Under the pieces are notes generated by a model. It saw nothing but the letters and a program-made list of their open reading frames with translations. It did not search any database and was not told the DNA's origin. Position numbers and translations under genes: made by a program. From Lama glama (Eukaryota): 64,000 nt of DNA. The stretch covers positions 3,412,001 through 3,476,000 of the forward strand of contig CM052818.1 of NCBI GenBank assembly GCA_028534125.1, read 5' to 3'. Positions 1-13,859 of the stretch are shown one piece after another (the first letter of the stretch is position 1; every line of letters starts with the position of its first letter).

Positions 1-821
1 TGCTACCAGTGGCTCAGAGGTGGAAACGGGCTGTTTACCCTCCTTTAATGATTGGTTAACCCAGCTATAAACTTCCTGGAGGAAAAACAGTATTAGAATC
101 TCATCTCTAGCAAAAAAACCAAACTATCCCAGTGCCATAACCTAGAAGGTGTCTCATACCCATACCTACATTAACAACCATGTTAATGTAGACTCTGTGC
201 CAGGGACAAAAGGTTAAAGGTGAACTGATGCAGCGGGAAAGGCAATGGACTAGAACTCACAGACCTGGGATCTGCCTCAAGTGTGCCACTCAGTAACTGC
301 AAGAAGTCTAAGTCTGACCATCTACAGAACAAGAGCAATAGCCAATTTAATTCTTCAGAGAGATGTGAAAATAAATTAAAAATGTTGAAACCTTTCAAAA
401 GGATGAAGTGAAATATATGCCTCAAGTACAAAAGACCTTTAAAAGAGTTTCAACACTTTCTAGAAAAAGCATGTGTGAAAATTTTGTCATAAAGTTATTA
501 ATCAGCTAAAGCTCAATTCTGAAAACCATATAAAACTTTTAACATTTCTAATTATGTAAATAACATGTTAACTGTTGGAAAAAAACTCTGGAAAAACGGA
601 AACATATTCCTAGGAAAGAAAAGTATAAAGAATACAATTAAAATCATTCATGATACCAACTCCATAAACATAACGACTTTTTAACATTTTGGCATATTTC
701 CTTTAACGTTTCGTACATCTATAACCATCCCCTTATCACTGGACACTAGCTGTTTCCAGTTTTTCACTATTATAAGCAATGCTGAGGGGATGTCCTTACA
801 CATACTACATTACACCAATAC

Positions 822-906
822 CTTTTTAAGGGCTGTGTATACATCCATTTCCACTTGCATCACAAATAAGTTAGATGAACCAATGAGTTGTTTCATGACA
901 TTTATA
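822..906 (-). CDS. GMCL1: Germ cell-less 1 (BTB/BACK protein), coding exon 7 (85 bp); gene continues off the left edge
   Basis: Minus strand reads cttttctag|T ATA AAT GTC ATG AAA CAA...CTT AAA AAG|gtattg = (S)INVMKQLIGSSNLFVMQVEMDVYTALKK, matching recalled GMCL1. Phase fits exon 6. Not in the ORF track. Confidence 0.95.
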
Positions 907-2687
907 CTAGAAAAGATAAAATAGAAGTAGTGAGCTTCTCTGCATGTACCAGCTCAAAGATCCTGGTGGAACTGAAAACTTTAAGTCTTTTTATCAAAAG
1001 AAAATGTGGAATTAAAAATTACATCAGTCTTTTTGCCTAGGACAAAGAATCTTGGACCAAAACAAACTATCTGAACACAAAGATACTTTTAATTCAGATA
1101 GTCTGCTGTGAAAGGTCTTTTCTTGCACTGACAGGGAAGCAAAGAGCAATGGTCTGCTAACTAATTAAGTTAAAAGCAAGGTCCTAATAAGATCACTTTT
1201 AGTATGGTCTGATAAAGTGGAAGCCTTCTTCGTTTCCCTTTCCTCCCCATTTAATGTAAAAAAAAAACCAAACCAAAAAAAACCCCAAAAATGACAAAAA
1301 AACCCCCAAAACTTGTCAAAATTCATAGAAAGAGACATATCTTCAAAGCAACCTTTCACGTCTAAGCTTAAGAGGATTGCTTAGTCATAAAACCTCTTTT
1401 TATTACTATTAAGGAGAGTAAAATCAAGAAATATTTGTGTTAGTTAAAATTAGAATGCCAATGACATCACTAGCCGTTCTCTCTTCTTTTTTCCTTTTTC
1501 TTTCCCTCCTTTAAGCCACGAAGAGGCAGAAGAGCATCTGGGTTCTTAAGATGACCACTATGATTTATCTTCCTTTTGATAAAGCTCAGTAAGAAATTAA
1601 AAAAGAGAAAAAAATGTTTCAATGACTTTCAAACTAAACATACTACAGAGCTTTATGCCTTGAGAAATTATTACGTGGTAATTTTTTTGTAGCACAATGC
1701 TTCTCAAACTTTTCTGCAAAAGTACCTCTTAAGGGCCAAGGAAAGGAAAGGAAAGGACCCAGAAATCTAGGAGCAAGCTAATCATAAAAATAACACTTAT
1801 ATTAAATTTTCTATTTCATCTTCTAAGTCCAAAGAAACTTGACATCTATTTCACAATATATTTAAACATAAAAATATTTACTTCTTTCCTACCCCTTCCC
1901 ACATCTCTGAAAAAAAAAATCAGTAAAACTGACATCCCAGTAAACTATGCAACGTTAAGCCTTTGGTTTCGTACATTTCCATCAGAACACCACACACCGC
2001 CAGGGACATCTGTACCCTTGTCTCAGAAGCCCCACTGTCAAGGAAGTGCAAGTCTCAAAGTGACTGAATAACCTACTGGCCTTTAAAAGTTCATGCCCAC
2101 CTCAATTTCTCAGACCCATCTCAAATATGTTAGCTCCATTATTACAAATAAGTTCCTTGAGGGCAGAGACCATGACATATGCATCTCTGCTTCCTTCACA
2201 GCCCTTAACAGAGTACCTTTCCACATAGTAAACATTCAGGAATTATTTGTTGAAGGAAGGAAGGAATATAAGCAAACTTAGTTCAAAAGGCCCATTTAAT
2301 TGTGAATTTAATTTCATTAGGCTTATTAACAAAAAGTTTAAAATAATTTCCTCAAACTTAATTTCTCAATGGTAAAAGATGATTTTTAAAATAAACTTTA
2401 AGATTCTCTAGGAGCCCAGCAAAAGTGAGGTAACCCTGGAAACTCCACACTTCTACAGCAGAAATGAATTTTTCTATTAAAACTGGTTAAAACAGTAGAC
2501 ATAATATACAGAAACTTGTGTAGCATTTTTTCAGGTCATGGATGTAGTCAAGATACCTTTCATTAAATTGTTCACTTTTTCATAAGTAATATATTTTTGT
2601 TTTATACAAAAATGTCTTGCATACTTAAACAAATGAAAAATATTATTTTAGATGATTAACTACAAAGTTATTTAAAATTCAAATTAC

Positions 2688-2753
2688 CTGAGTTCTTTAA
2701 AAAGTTCAACATTCTGGTGAGTCATCAAATTGTTTAGAAGCCATTCAAGGCAT
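2688..2753 (-). CDS. GMCL1: GMCL1 coding exon 6 (66 bp)
   Basis: attccag|A TGC CTT GAA TGG...GAA CTC AG|gtaatt = (K)CLEWLLNNLMTHQNVELFKEL(S). Confidence 0.95.
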
Positions 2754-3094
2754 CTGGAATTAAAACATGGAATTATTACATTATATACCATATATTTATG
2801 ATTTATTAAGTAGGACTTACAGCTAAAATAAAAACAATATTAATCTTGCTAGGATATGCTCAAAGTTTTAAATCTAACAACTGGAAATTTAGTATTGTTT
2901 TTGTTAGCAGTTAGTAAAGAACGATTCCCTTCATGTTAGTAAGAGCATTTCTAATTAAGAAAACCTCAATTTTTAAGTTTATTTTAAATGGTTTATGAAG
3001 GGGTTTACATACTTCTATTACCCTCTTTATAATCTGAAAACGGGGGCTTCAATTCTCAAGAGTTAAAAACACTACCAGTAGTTGCACTGATATA

Positions 3095-3439
3095 CAGTCA
3101 GCCCTCGGTATCTGCGGGTTCTGGGTCTGTGGATTCAACCAATCGAGAATTGAAAATATTGGAGAAAAAAAAAAATCCCAGAACGTTCCATAAAGCAAAA
3201 CTTAAATTTGCTGCGAGTCAGCAACTATTTACATAGCATTTACAATGTATATACAACGTTTTATGTAACAGTCACATTGTATTAGGTATTATAAGTAATG
3301 CAGAGACGATTTCAAGTACACAGGAGGATGGTTATTTGCAAGCACCACATCATTCTATATAAGGGACTTGAGCATCCGCAGATTTTGGCATCCACTCGGG
3401 TCCTGGAACCAATACCCTGCGGATAATGAGGGGCGACTG
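3095..3439 (+). mobile_element. Tigger-family MITE (MER2-like)
   Basis: About 345 bp bounded by inverted ends CAGTCAGCCCTCGGTATCTGCGG / GCGGATAATGAGGGGCGACTG, with TA on both sides. Confidence 0.85.
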
Positions 3440-3723
3440 TAATGGCTATTATGCCTACTACTTTAAAAAAATTTAATAGAAATGTACTTTTTAGAGTGAC
3501 CATAGTTTTTATAAGTATGTATATAACCCACCCACTGTCACTTGCAGAGACTACACTTTTGAGGAATTTACTAATTAGTCCACATGTAAACAGGGACCTT
3601 CTATAACAAATTCTATTCTTCCTTTCTATTCTTTCTTTTTCATAGCTACGCATTCTCTTAGGAAACCAGGTCAGCCACATTCCCAAAAGTGGGATGAGAG
3701 GAAAAACAAGAACGGTAACTCAC

Positions 3724-3836
3724 TTTTTCTTTACAGAATCTAATCCATAGGTCCCTGCTGACGTGTAATAGCCGCATACAGTTTTCACATTAATTGTTTC
3801 CTTCATGGTCTCCCCACACTGCTGTATTAAACCATC
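3724..3836 (-). CDS. GMCL1: GMCL1 coding exon 5 (113 bp)
   Basis: tttacag|GAT GGT TTA ATA CAG CAG TGT...AAG AAA AA|gtgagt = DGLIQQCGETMKETINVKTVCGYYTSAGTYGLDSVKK(K). Confidence 0.95.
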
Positions 3837-5840
3837 CTGTAAATATAAATAAGCACTGGAAATGCCCATTTCACATGGGAAAAATTAGCTCTGAATATGT
3901 GCTTTTACATATTAAAAAGTAAAAAAAAAAAAAAGGAAGAAAGAAAGAAAAGAAAGAAAACTCATTAAGTGCAGCAAATCTAATTTTTTTTTATAAGTCC
4001 AGTAAAAATACCTAAAAAAATCCAGTAAGTATTCAACTAAATACTTAGAATTGAAAAAGTGGAAGGAGGGGCAAAAACAGTAAGACAGGGATCAATATTA
4101 CTATTTTCTTTCTTTCTCTGGGGCCTTTGCAAATTTAAGCAGCATTCTGTCTTGTTTTGCCTGTTCTTTTGAAATTAAGACCTCTTTACATAGTCACATG
4201 ACCATGTGATGTGCTAGGCAAGTAAACAATGCAAAATCATTGGGACGTTTTTATTAAAGTTTAAAATACCTATCAATACCTAAGAAATGCATCTAAAACA
4301 AATATATTATTGTTTTAAACTTACATTGAAATTTTAATCTAAAATACTTGTACAGAAGATTTCAAATAACTATTTACTATATGGTAAGAATATTATCATT
4401 TTTTACTCAAGTTTTTGAGATACACTCCTCATGCAAGTGTATTACTGTTAAATAGTTAAGTCAAAGATAATGCAGAAAGTGAAATTAGAACAAAACCAAA
4501 AAAGGATTAAAAGTTAAAAAATAAGGCATAATTACTGGAAGTAAGTACTGAAAGGATCAAAACATTTTAAAAATCAAATTACTTCAGCCAAGTATATTTA
4601 GCAAGCTATTAACTAATACTTCAAATAAATCAGTATACAAATGTCACATAAAAAGAAATTTAACTTTTTTAAATGATCAATACAAAATGTCGACTCCGTT
4701 GGGACTTTAAACTTACCTGGTCCTTCTAGACTCCTTCCCTTTCCTTTTAACATCTCATCGGTCACCAAGTCTAGTGGATTATCTCCGCTTAACCACCCCG
4801 GTATCCAGTTTTTCCTCTCCACAATTTTTGCTACTGGCCTCATTTAGACTCTCCCTTGGATTACTGCAATAGCTTTTATACTCATCTTTCCTTCAGTTCA
4901 TCCTTTGCATTGTTCAAAATTCCCTAAAGTACTTATATGTAAAGCCTCAACTTCTTAAAAGGAATAGAGGGACTTTCTTGAACTGGCCTCTGCCTCCCTC
5001 CCCCCAGCCCTTCTTATATTCTATGTGAGATCTATGTTCCACTCAGATTCTCCAACCCTCCATTGTTTCATATTTCTAGGTCTTAAGTTTACTGTCTGCA
5101 ATGTTCCTCCTGTCCCCTTCTTCTCACTTCACAAGATAAATACATTTTCAGTTCTTAAGACTCACCCTCAAACACAACTTCCTTCTTTGACACCCCCAGG
5201 TTAAACCAACCACTTTGTGCAGCCACTGAATCACACAGAAAGTGCATCATCAAACCCTATAACATCAGACAGCTCTTACTTTCCCTTTGGGTCTGTATTA
5301 TCTACCCTCCCTTCCCCACTCTACACTCCCATTATATTGCGAGCTTCTTGAAGGTGGGGATTATATCATAATTTATTTCTGGATCTCTATGACTAGCTTG
5401 ACACATTGCTCAATACACTTCTATTGAATAAATAAATTTCTGTCACTCTACCAATAGATTACATACATTTAGATGGCTTATACACAATTATTTCATAAAT
5501 TAAGAAAACATTTACACAGTTAAGCACTCAATGTTTTCCAAAACCATGAACTAAACAAATTAGTAATTATAAGCCATCTGTTTAATAACATCAAGGGAAG
5601 TCATTAATTAACAGAATTCTGAAAATGGACTTAGACAAGTACATTTTACACAAGTATCATGACCCCCCTCTCACTTGTTATAAATTGCTTTTGGTTAAGC
5701 ATTTTAAATGACTCATCACAAATGGAATACTTATATATTTCATTTTAAAAATTATAAAAAGCTAAGCTTTCTTATTCTTTTTGGAACAGATAACTTGAAA
5801 CAAAGCTGTGATCCTTTTTATGAATAATGTGCATACTTAC

Positions 5841-5938
5841 CAATTGCAGCATACAAGCTGCTGCCAAAATGGCAATAACTCGACTAGGTTTTATTAAGAC
5901 ATCATCTCGATACAGTGACCCAAATGCCACCTGCAGTG
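5841..5938 (-). CDS. GMCL1: GMCL1 coding exon 4 (98 bp)
   Basis: gctttcag|CA CTG CAG GTG...CAA TTG|gtaagt = (A)LQVAFGSLYRDDVLIKPSRVIAILAAACMLQL, inside ORF 5772..5975. Confidence 0.96.
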
Positions 5939-7020
5939 CTGAAAGCAAAAGTACACAGGTAGAACAAAAGAACAATTATATTGTAAGAATATTACAAAAA
6001 TAACAATGACTGTCTTCATACACTAAGACATACGTCTAAATCTAGCATGTAATAAAGGGATAAAATCAGTATCACTAACTAAACTGCTAGTAATGGTCAT
6101 GGACTGATGGTGCTTATTTAATAACAATGTTATACATTTCCTTTTTTCTACCAAATTGCGCTAGGTTCTTCCATAGCTAATCTTGATTAAAGTTAGTGGT
6201 CAGAATCAAGACACCTTTGGAAAAAGTGTTATAAAGACATCCCTGAGTAGACCAGTCACTCAGCACAAGTACACAGACCCAACGATGCTCTCCACCCTGG
6301 TGCTTTCAGTGCTCCACCACTGGGGAGTGCGGAGCAGCCCGTCCCTGCTCACGCTCCCCCAGACGCCTAGTTAAGCCTGTCCATCCTTTTCTCTACTGCC
6401 ACTCTCATGCATGTCCTGCAGGATTTGCTTTATAAATACTCTTTTCTCTCTGCCCAAGATGTGAGTACTGGGTATCCCCACTTGAGCTATTAAAGAGGAG
6501 CAGGAGCACTGGAGTAGGAGACCTACAGTCTGATCGAGGCTCACTGAACTGCTCTGAGACCTAAAATAAGTTACCTCAATCCCCTGGGCCTCAGCTTCCT
6601 CATCTAAGGACCCTTATAGTTCTAAAACAATGCTGCCTACATGATTCATACACTTGTTCCCAGAAAAGGTCTTCATATATAGGGAACAATCAATGAATAC
6701 TGTTTACTGCCTTTTCTATATAGTTGAAGTAAATGATCATTCTTTTTCTTCCTTCACTCTACATCCTTCATATGCCAGGCAGCTATATTTATAAATGTAA
6801 ACAGACTGATAAGGCCCACGTGACTAAATACGACTATAGACAGGTGGAACACAACTGATAAACTATGGAGTAAATTAAAATAAAGCTGTCACCTTGGGGT
6901 GTTAAATGGAGCTTTTTTCTAGTCTACAAGGTTAGAAGAAAAAATATTTATTTTCTACCAAAAGAATAAAAAGATTATGTTTTTATGATTTTTGCATAAA
7001 AATATTATGGTGGTGGTTAC

Positions 7021-7117
7021 CTTCTATGTCAATATTCTGGTCAGGAATCTCCAATTCAATAATATTCATGCTGGATTCTTTCCAAGAACCACTGAACATA
7101 CTAGAAAAGTAGCCAGA
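7021..7117 (-). CDS. GMCL1: GMCL1 coding exon 3 (97 bp), BTB domain
   Basis: tttttaag|TCT GGC TAC...ATA GAA G|gtaacc = SGYFSSMFSGSWKESSMNIIELEIPDQNIDIE, inside ORF 6983..7174. Confidence 0.96.
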
Positions 7118-8939
7118 CTTAAAAAAAACAAACAAACAAACACAAATTATTTTCCCATTTCTAACTCTAAGCAACTATTCTATCAAAGCTAATCCATATT
7201 ATTTCAAGAGAAAAAGAACTGCCACATCTGTCTACAGGAGAAAAGAAATTAAGATAAGGACATTTAATAGTTTATCAAAATACTTTGTTTAATTTAATGA
7301 AATTTAATAATTTAATGAAAATTAAACCAAATTCTCATTGTACTATCTGAATTGAATTCCTGTGTTACTATTTGAACCTCATTAGCTTTTTACCCAGTTG
7401 AAACAATTTCTGAGTATATTACATGTATATGTTTTCCTTTTCAATGACATTCTAAATTCAAGCCTAAAAATTATGTCATATATTTAAGAATCTCTCATAA
7501 ACATATGACAATACACAAGGTGGATGCATAATAATGAATTGAGGAAAAGAAGGGAAAACTACAAGCCCTCAAACTGTTGAGTCTTTATGTCAGTGGCTGT
7601 GAAGGGTCCAGACTGCTCCCAACTCAACACTAATAGGATGATCATCAAGAAATTAGGGAAAATCCAAAGTTTAGCTTTATCTAATTAGAAAATTCCAGAA
7701 TGAGTTGGAAAAGATACCAGAATGGATGAAGTCTTACCTTCTCGATACCATCTCTCATAATTAGAATTACTTTGGAATGGATCAAATACTAACTATTGAT
7801 TTTAAAAAATTTACTGAGTACATAGTATATTTAAGGCACTGTGAATATAGCAGAAAACAAAACAAATGCTATTTCTGTCCTCAGGGGACTTGATTTTAGC
7901 ATGAGGTTTGCACTATGACCAATTCAGCTTCTCTTGGGAGGGAAAGCCTTAACAGAGGCATTTTCATCCTTAAATTCACAAAATTGCTTTTGAAGATCAA
8001 AAAGAAAGATACGGACCATGTCTTCAAGTTGAGACCAATATTCTGATAATAGTCTCTGGGCTATGTATTTCAAGCCAAAGTAAATTTGTTCAAAAAATAT
8101 TAAATAAAAAACATGATTAAAATGTAAGAGAAAAAAATTCCTTTCAAGTGTTTCTACAGAAAAATCTTATACCATACAAGTAGTTACTGTCATACCGTGA
8201 AGAAGAGAGGAAAACTATAAGATCCATAGGAAAAAACTGAATTGCTCACTGTTCTATTCCCACTGCCTAGAACAATGACTTGAAAAAAGAATACACAGAT
8301 TTGAGGAAAGAAGAAATGAATAAAATATTTGAGCCATTAGAACAATATTTTCTTCTATTTTGAAAGCTTTGGATCTTTTTAAAATGGGGTGGCAATGGTA
8401 TTTTCACAAACATCAAATAGGTATATCAGCTAAATGACTTAGTCCATATACTTTTTTGGTTTTGTCTTTAACTGCATTTTCTGGGAGAGACAGAAGAGTA
8501 AGTGTCAAGAATTTCCATTTACATTCAATCTTAACTACAAAGCAACATTTCAGCTGTATTTATCCAACTGAAATAATCATGTGCAAAACAAACAAATTCA
8601 GCAATCCTAACTTTAACGTTAAATGGTTTTACCCCAACTTTTTCCCTTTTTGTCCACAGATGACACCAAAATAATTACCCTACTGTACTAATGGCAAAAA
8701 GGTATTTCTAGTCTGGAAGGATAATAAAAATTCAAAATCTGTTTTCTAGATCAAACACTAACAATGTTCACCATATTTCTTACAAAACAAGACTTTTCAT
8801 CAGATGATAAGACTTAACACAACTACTGTTCAGGCAAAAGATTACTGTGAAATGCTATGAGAAAGAACAAGAGTCGTATGAGTTTGAGTTGTTTTAAGTG
8901 ACTACCTTGGTTACTCAAATAGAAAAATAAAATACTTAC

Positions 8940-9063
8940 TTGGCATAAATATATTTTGTGTAAACTCCACTCTTCTCCTAGAGCACAAATCTTAATGTCA
9001 CTGTTTTCACCATTTAAAAATAATGTTTGATAAATATATTTGGAAGTACTCTTCAATTTTTTC
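8940..9063 (-). CDS. GMCL1: GMCL1 coding exon 2 (124 bp), basic motif and start of BTB domain
   Basis: ttaacag|G AAA AAA TTG AAG...TGC CAA|gtaagt = (R)KKLKSTSKYIYQTLFLNGENSDIKICALGEEWSLHKIYLCQ, inside ORF 8823..9086. Confidence 0.96.
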
Positions 9064-9501
9064 CTGTTAAGAGAAATGCAAAACATTACATATGTGTAAA
9101 ACTGAATGTTTTACTGATTCTGCATATAACTCAAAATATTCCTGGTGCTCAATTTCTATTAAATAGGACCAATCTGCCCATTGTGTAAAAAGATAAAGGG
9201 ATATTATATATTCAAATGTCTGCTCATGAAATAATAGTGCTTATCTCTGGGGCACTCTATTCCCAAGAAGGGGAACAGGAGATAGATGGGGGCAGAATGG
9301 GAGGGAGAACTTTCACTACATACCTTTTTATAATTTCTAATTTTTGAACTAAAATGAATTACCTATTCAATAAAGAAAAGTCAGCATGATGAGTTTTGCT
9401 TATTTCCTTATGTAGAAATCAGCACGACCGAGAACGTCTATACAGTTGCGGTAATAGCGTTACGCAACTACAAAATGAAGAATAAACATTTCACCTACCC
9501 A

Positions 9502-9631
9502 GGGCATGCTTAGCATGCACAAGGTCCTGGGTTCAATCCCCAGTACCTCCCCTAAAAATAAATAAACACATAAATAAATAGACCTAATTACCTCCTCCAC
9601 CACCCTGCCAAAAAATAAAATACTAAAAAAA
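9502..9631 (+). mobile_element. tRNA-derived SINE (camelid Vic-1-like), 5'-truncated, abutting the gap
   Basis: gcatgcttagcatgcacaaggtcctgggttcaatccccagtacctcc (B box), then the AATA-rich region and cctaattacctcc tail shared with other copies. Confidence 0.85.
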
Positions 9632-10131
9632 NNNNNNNNNNNNNNNNNNNNNNNNNNNNNNNNNNNNNNNNNNNNNNNNNNNNNNNNNNNNNNNNNNNNN
9701 NNNNNNNNNNNNNNNNNNNNNNNNNNNNNNNNNNNNNNNNNNNNNNNNNNNNNNNNNNNNNNNNNNNNNNNNNNNNNNNNNNNNNNNNNNNNNNNNNNNN
9801 NNNNNNNNNNNNNNNNNNNNNNNNNNNNNNNNNNNNNNNNNNNNNNNNNNNNNNNNNNNNNNNNNNNNNNNNNNNNNNNNNNNNNNNNNNNNNNNNNNNN
9901 NNNNNNNNNNNNNNNNNNNNNNNNNNNNNNNNNNNNNNNNNNNNNNNNNNNNNNNNNNNNNNNNNNNNNNNNNNNNNNNNNNNNNNNNNNNNNNNNNNNN
10001 NNNNNNNNNNNNNNNNNNNNNNNNNNNNNNNNNNNNNNNNNNNNNNNNNNNNNNNNNNNNNNNNNNNNNNNNNNNNNNNNNNNNNNNNNNNNNNNNNNNN
10101 NNNNNNNNNNNNNNNNNNNNNNNNNNNNNNN
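9632..10131. other. Assembly gap (500 N placeholder)
   Basis: Exactly 500 N, the same length as the second gap. Confidence 0.99.
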
Positions 10132-10569
10132 AGGCTATGCCTGTTCACAGATAGAGAGTACCCTCAATTTACTGTCAAGTTCCTGGAGAAATAATTAATA
10201 AAGGCCATTAAAGCAATAGGCAGCATGTAGTTTCAAAAAGACTATTATGATCTGTACCACATGAAACAGTTACTAGTTCTAACCATTCACAGACTTGCAA
10301 GATGCAGCTAGTATAAGATTACCCTTTCCATGTACTGAGATAGAAAGGCACAGAGGACATAAAATATATAAAGCCACGTGGTACAATTACAATCAAGTTG
10401 TATATTAACATTTCTTGCTTAAAATTCTGGATCACACATCATGAGTGATTTAAACAATTTTTTTTATCCCCGAAAAAAAATTTCTACAGCCAACATGGCA
10501 CCAAACTGATAATAAGGAGTAAAGTCTATAAATGTGTGTTTCTCCACTTCCCATCTCTTACCAGCTTAC

Positions 10570-10665
10570 CTATGGCCAGCAGAGCATCTTCAAAGCTACC
10601 AGATGTTTCAGATTTAATACTCTGTTCAATATCCTTCTGTGATATCCTTTTGTATTCATCAAACA
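10570..10665 (-). CDS. ANXA4: Annexin A4 coding exon 10 (96 bp)
   Basis: tttgtag|TG TTT GAT GAA TAC...GCC ATA G|gtaagc = (V)FDEYKRISQKDIEQSIKSETSGSFEDALLAI(V). Confidence 0.96.
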   Translation of the reverse strand, partial: CLMNTKGYHRRILNRVLNLKHLVALKMLCWP

Positions 10666-13004
10666 CTACAAACAGTAACAAAATGGAATTATAAATAATA
10701 AAAAAAATAGAGGAAACTAAAATCTACAGAGAGAATGAGTATCTTTTAACTAGACCACACTATTTATTCTTTGGTATATTTCAAGACGAAACTAATTAGC
10801 AATATGGCAGGAGGCATATGGCAAGTAGAAGGCGCCGAAGGAGAGGAGGAAGGAATATTGTGAGTCTTGGAGGACGTCCGGCAAATCCCTTCCTTATGTG
10901 GGACCTTGTTTTCTCACACTTAAAATGGAGATAACCTCTGGAGAGATTTGCTTGGTTTCCTTAACAAGCAGAATGTCTCTTTAATTTTGGCTTTGCAGTC
11001 ACCTGTATGTTCATCTTCCTTTTGCTCATCAGAACTAGAGCAATTCTACCTCTTCAAAACTGAGTCACATTTGATAACAGCTGGTTGCATCTTTTAATAG
11101 ATCTTAAGATAATTTAAATGTTCCCTGCTTTTTTACCAAGTATTTTTGAATACTATGGACATATTTTCCTCTCCTGCTGCCTCCTTCTAGAGCCTTCTTA
11201 GAGAGGATATCTGTTTTACCTGCCTTCTTTGGGATGCTACCCCAGCCCCATCAGAGTGATTCTCAAAGGGCTGTCAATCCAAGGATACCCCATAAGCTCC
11301 AACAAATGAGTGACCAGTTCATCCAACCAGGACAAATTGGTCTTACCCTCCTGGGAATTTTTCAGTTGAGCAGACCATGAGGATGGCCAAGAGCACTGAG
11401 TCATCTTTAACCTCAGAGAACATAAGAATCACCTGGAAACCTGTTAGACTCCCTGGGTGTCACTCAGAAATTCTAAGTCAGCCAGTCTGAAGTAGGGGTT
11501 TCGAGAATCAGCATTTTTAATGGAGACTGGATTTTAGGAAACTCTGCCTCACAAATAAATCCATGAGTCCCTTCTACCGAGATCCCCAGAACTGCCTTGA
11601 CTTCTATTCTTTCTGGAGCTGTTTAGCTCTCTGTTCAATTCAATGGGCCGCTAGTATTTTCCATTTCCCTCTTGTCTCATTCTATATTATTTCCTCTTCT
11701 CCTATGTAAGTATTCAGTGTATACTGCTTGAAATTAAAAAATCTGATTGACACATTATCTAAGCCTCAGTATTCTCCACTGCAAATTGGGGAAAATACAG
11801 CTGCTTTTTTGGGATGTTGTAACAAATAATGCTTAACAATATGCTTAGCTGTGTACCTAGAAGAGAATTAACAAAACAATTGTTTTGAATCCTATTACTG
11901 TTGGTTGGTAAGAAAATTATGTTTTCTTTATCCAAATAATGTTTCAAAGATTTTCTTCCAGTGGCTTACAAGCAGATATTTTATAACTGCCCAACTACTG
12001 ATTTTTTTCTCCTGGAAGTGAAAATTGTTAAAAATGTATTTGCATTGTTTCTGGGACCTGCAGTTCTCAGAAAACACCACCAGGGGGAGATTTGTGTTGT
12101 GAGTAATCAGGCAAGGGAAGGCAAAAAAATAGGGAGCTGAGTCAGAAGTTGGGGCATCTGATGAGAGCCCAGGGCATTTATTAATCACCTACTGTCACTG
12201 TGGCATATCTGAAATAATTGCAACTTCCAAATGTGTTGTAATTTTCAATTACTTTGTTTATATTTCCAATTTAGCAAACTCATTCTTCTCAAATTTCCCA
12301 CAAGTTTTGTAAATTGTGATATAAGGGCCTAGTGAGGTTTGTAAAATTAGGATCTAGCAGTAAAGACCTAAAGAGCTTATATAAAAGATGAAATATCTTA
12401 TTAAACCTTTATTGCTGTTTACAAGAAGAAAATAAATCTGACACCAAATATTCTACAACTGTATAGGATCTTTTTTCCCAAAGAAGTTAAAAGCACATGA
12501 CAAAGACCAGCATTATCAGAAGCCAATTAGAAACACTACACATAGGAAATAAAATGTGCAATTATCCACTATTCATCTTATGCAACATACCAGCTAAAGA
12601 AATCACTTCTATTAGCTTTACAACCTGGATGTTACATAGGAATAAATGTCAAGCAATGTTTCTATTTTATTGCTTGCTGAAGTACTAAAGATTTTTTTTT
12701 TAATATAGCTAAATTTCAGTGGAGCTGCTTTAGAAAAAGGACTGCCTATGTGAAGGTCAGTTTCCTACACACAGGAATGCCAAACTTCTATGAATACGTT
12801 GTCTATCTGCTAGTTATTCATAATTAATCTCTCAGAATTGGCCCTCATGCACCTTGCACTCATAGATTTCCAAGGTAAGACATCTAGGACAGCTCAGTAC
12901 AATTAAGGTCTCTGTCCTGAGTAAAGGAAAAAAGGTTACCAATTATGGGTAATAGAATTTTTCACCATCTTTCAAACAGTTTCTTTGGAAGATGAGTGGC
13001 TTAC

Positions 13005-13098
13005 CGTGCAACAGATGATTTCGATTCCGCGAGCAGAGAATAGTTAGAAATTTCACCTCATCTGTCCCCCATTTCTTCTCTCCAGCCTCATACAGATC
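13005..13098 (-). CDS. ANXA4: ANXA4 coding exon 9 (94 bp)
   Basis: gcttcag|GAT CTG TAT GAG...TTG CAC G|gtaagc = DLYEAGEKKWGTDEVKFLTILCSRNRNHLLH, annexin repeat 3. Confidence 0.97.
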
Positions 13099-13380
13099 CT
13101 GAAGCCAAGCAAAGCACAAGTTTAAAACACAACACAGAATGTGCCAGGACCTATGCAAATATTTCCAGAACTTCAAAGAGCGGAGTTGGCTTGGTTTTAT
13201 TTTGTTGGTGACACGGGTGGAAGTGGTGTTGGCAGTGAATGGAAATGACTCAGGATTTTTCCTTAGATAGAAGACTAATGGGACTCTCTGATCTCTCCTT
13301 GAGAGTTAGAGCAAACACCAGCAGCTTCCTATTTACAGACTGCATGGTTCTGTCTTAAAAGCTAAAAAGAATGCCCTAGA

Positions 13381-13592
13381 CTTGGGCTGTTCCATGCAGT
13401 AGCCACTAACCACATGCAGCTATTTAAAATTTGAAGTTAATTAAAATTAAATACATTTAAAATTCAACTCCTCAGTCACACTAGCCACATTACAAGCACT
13501 CAGTGGCCATATGTGGCTAGTGGCTACTCACAGTGGACCGGGCAGATGCAGAACATTTTCAACACTGTGGAAAGTTCTATTGGATAACATCA
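13381..13592. mobile_element. hAT-Charlie MITE (MER3-like)
   Basis: Characteristic gtagccactaaccacatg...cacactagccacatt...tgtggctagtggctac...gaaagttctattgga core. Confidence 0.75.
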
Positions 13593-13859
13593 CTCTGTAA
13601 TGATCTGCGAGTTGCTTGAGACAACAGGTCTCACAGTAGAACCAGGACCCTTTTAGTAACTGCTTATATCCCAACCAGGAAGGAATATAAGAAATTGATT
13701 TTGGTTGCTTTAATTATATGATTGAGAAGTCAAAACTACTGTTCATCTCATCTCACACGCATCAGGATGGCTGCTATTAACAACAAACAAACAAACCAAA
13801 AATAACACGTGTTGATGAGGATGTGAAGAAATTCCATTCTCATGGAATTCTGGCTTTCC

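Noticed and set aside
9588..10148. Long poly-X ORFs here and at 30499-31189
   Set aside because: Artefacts of translating N gaps.
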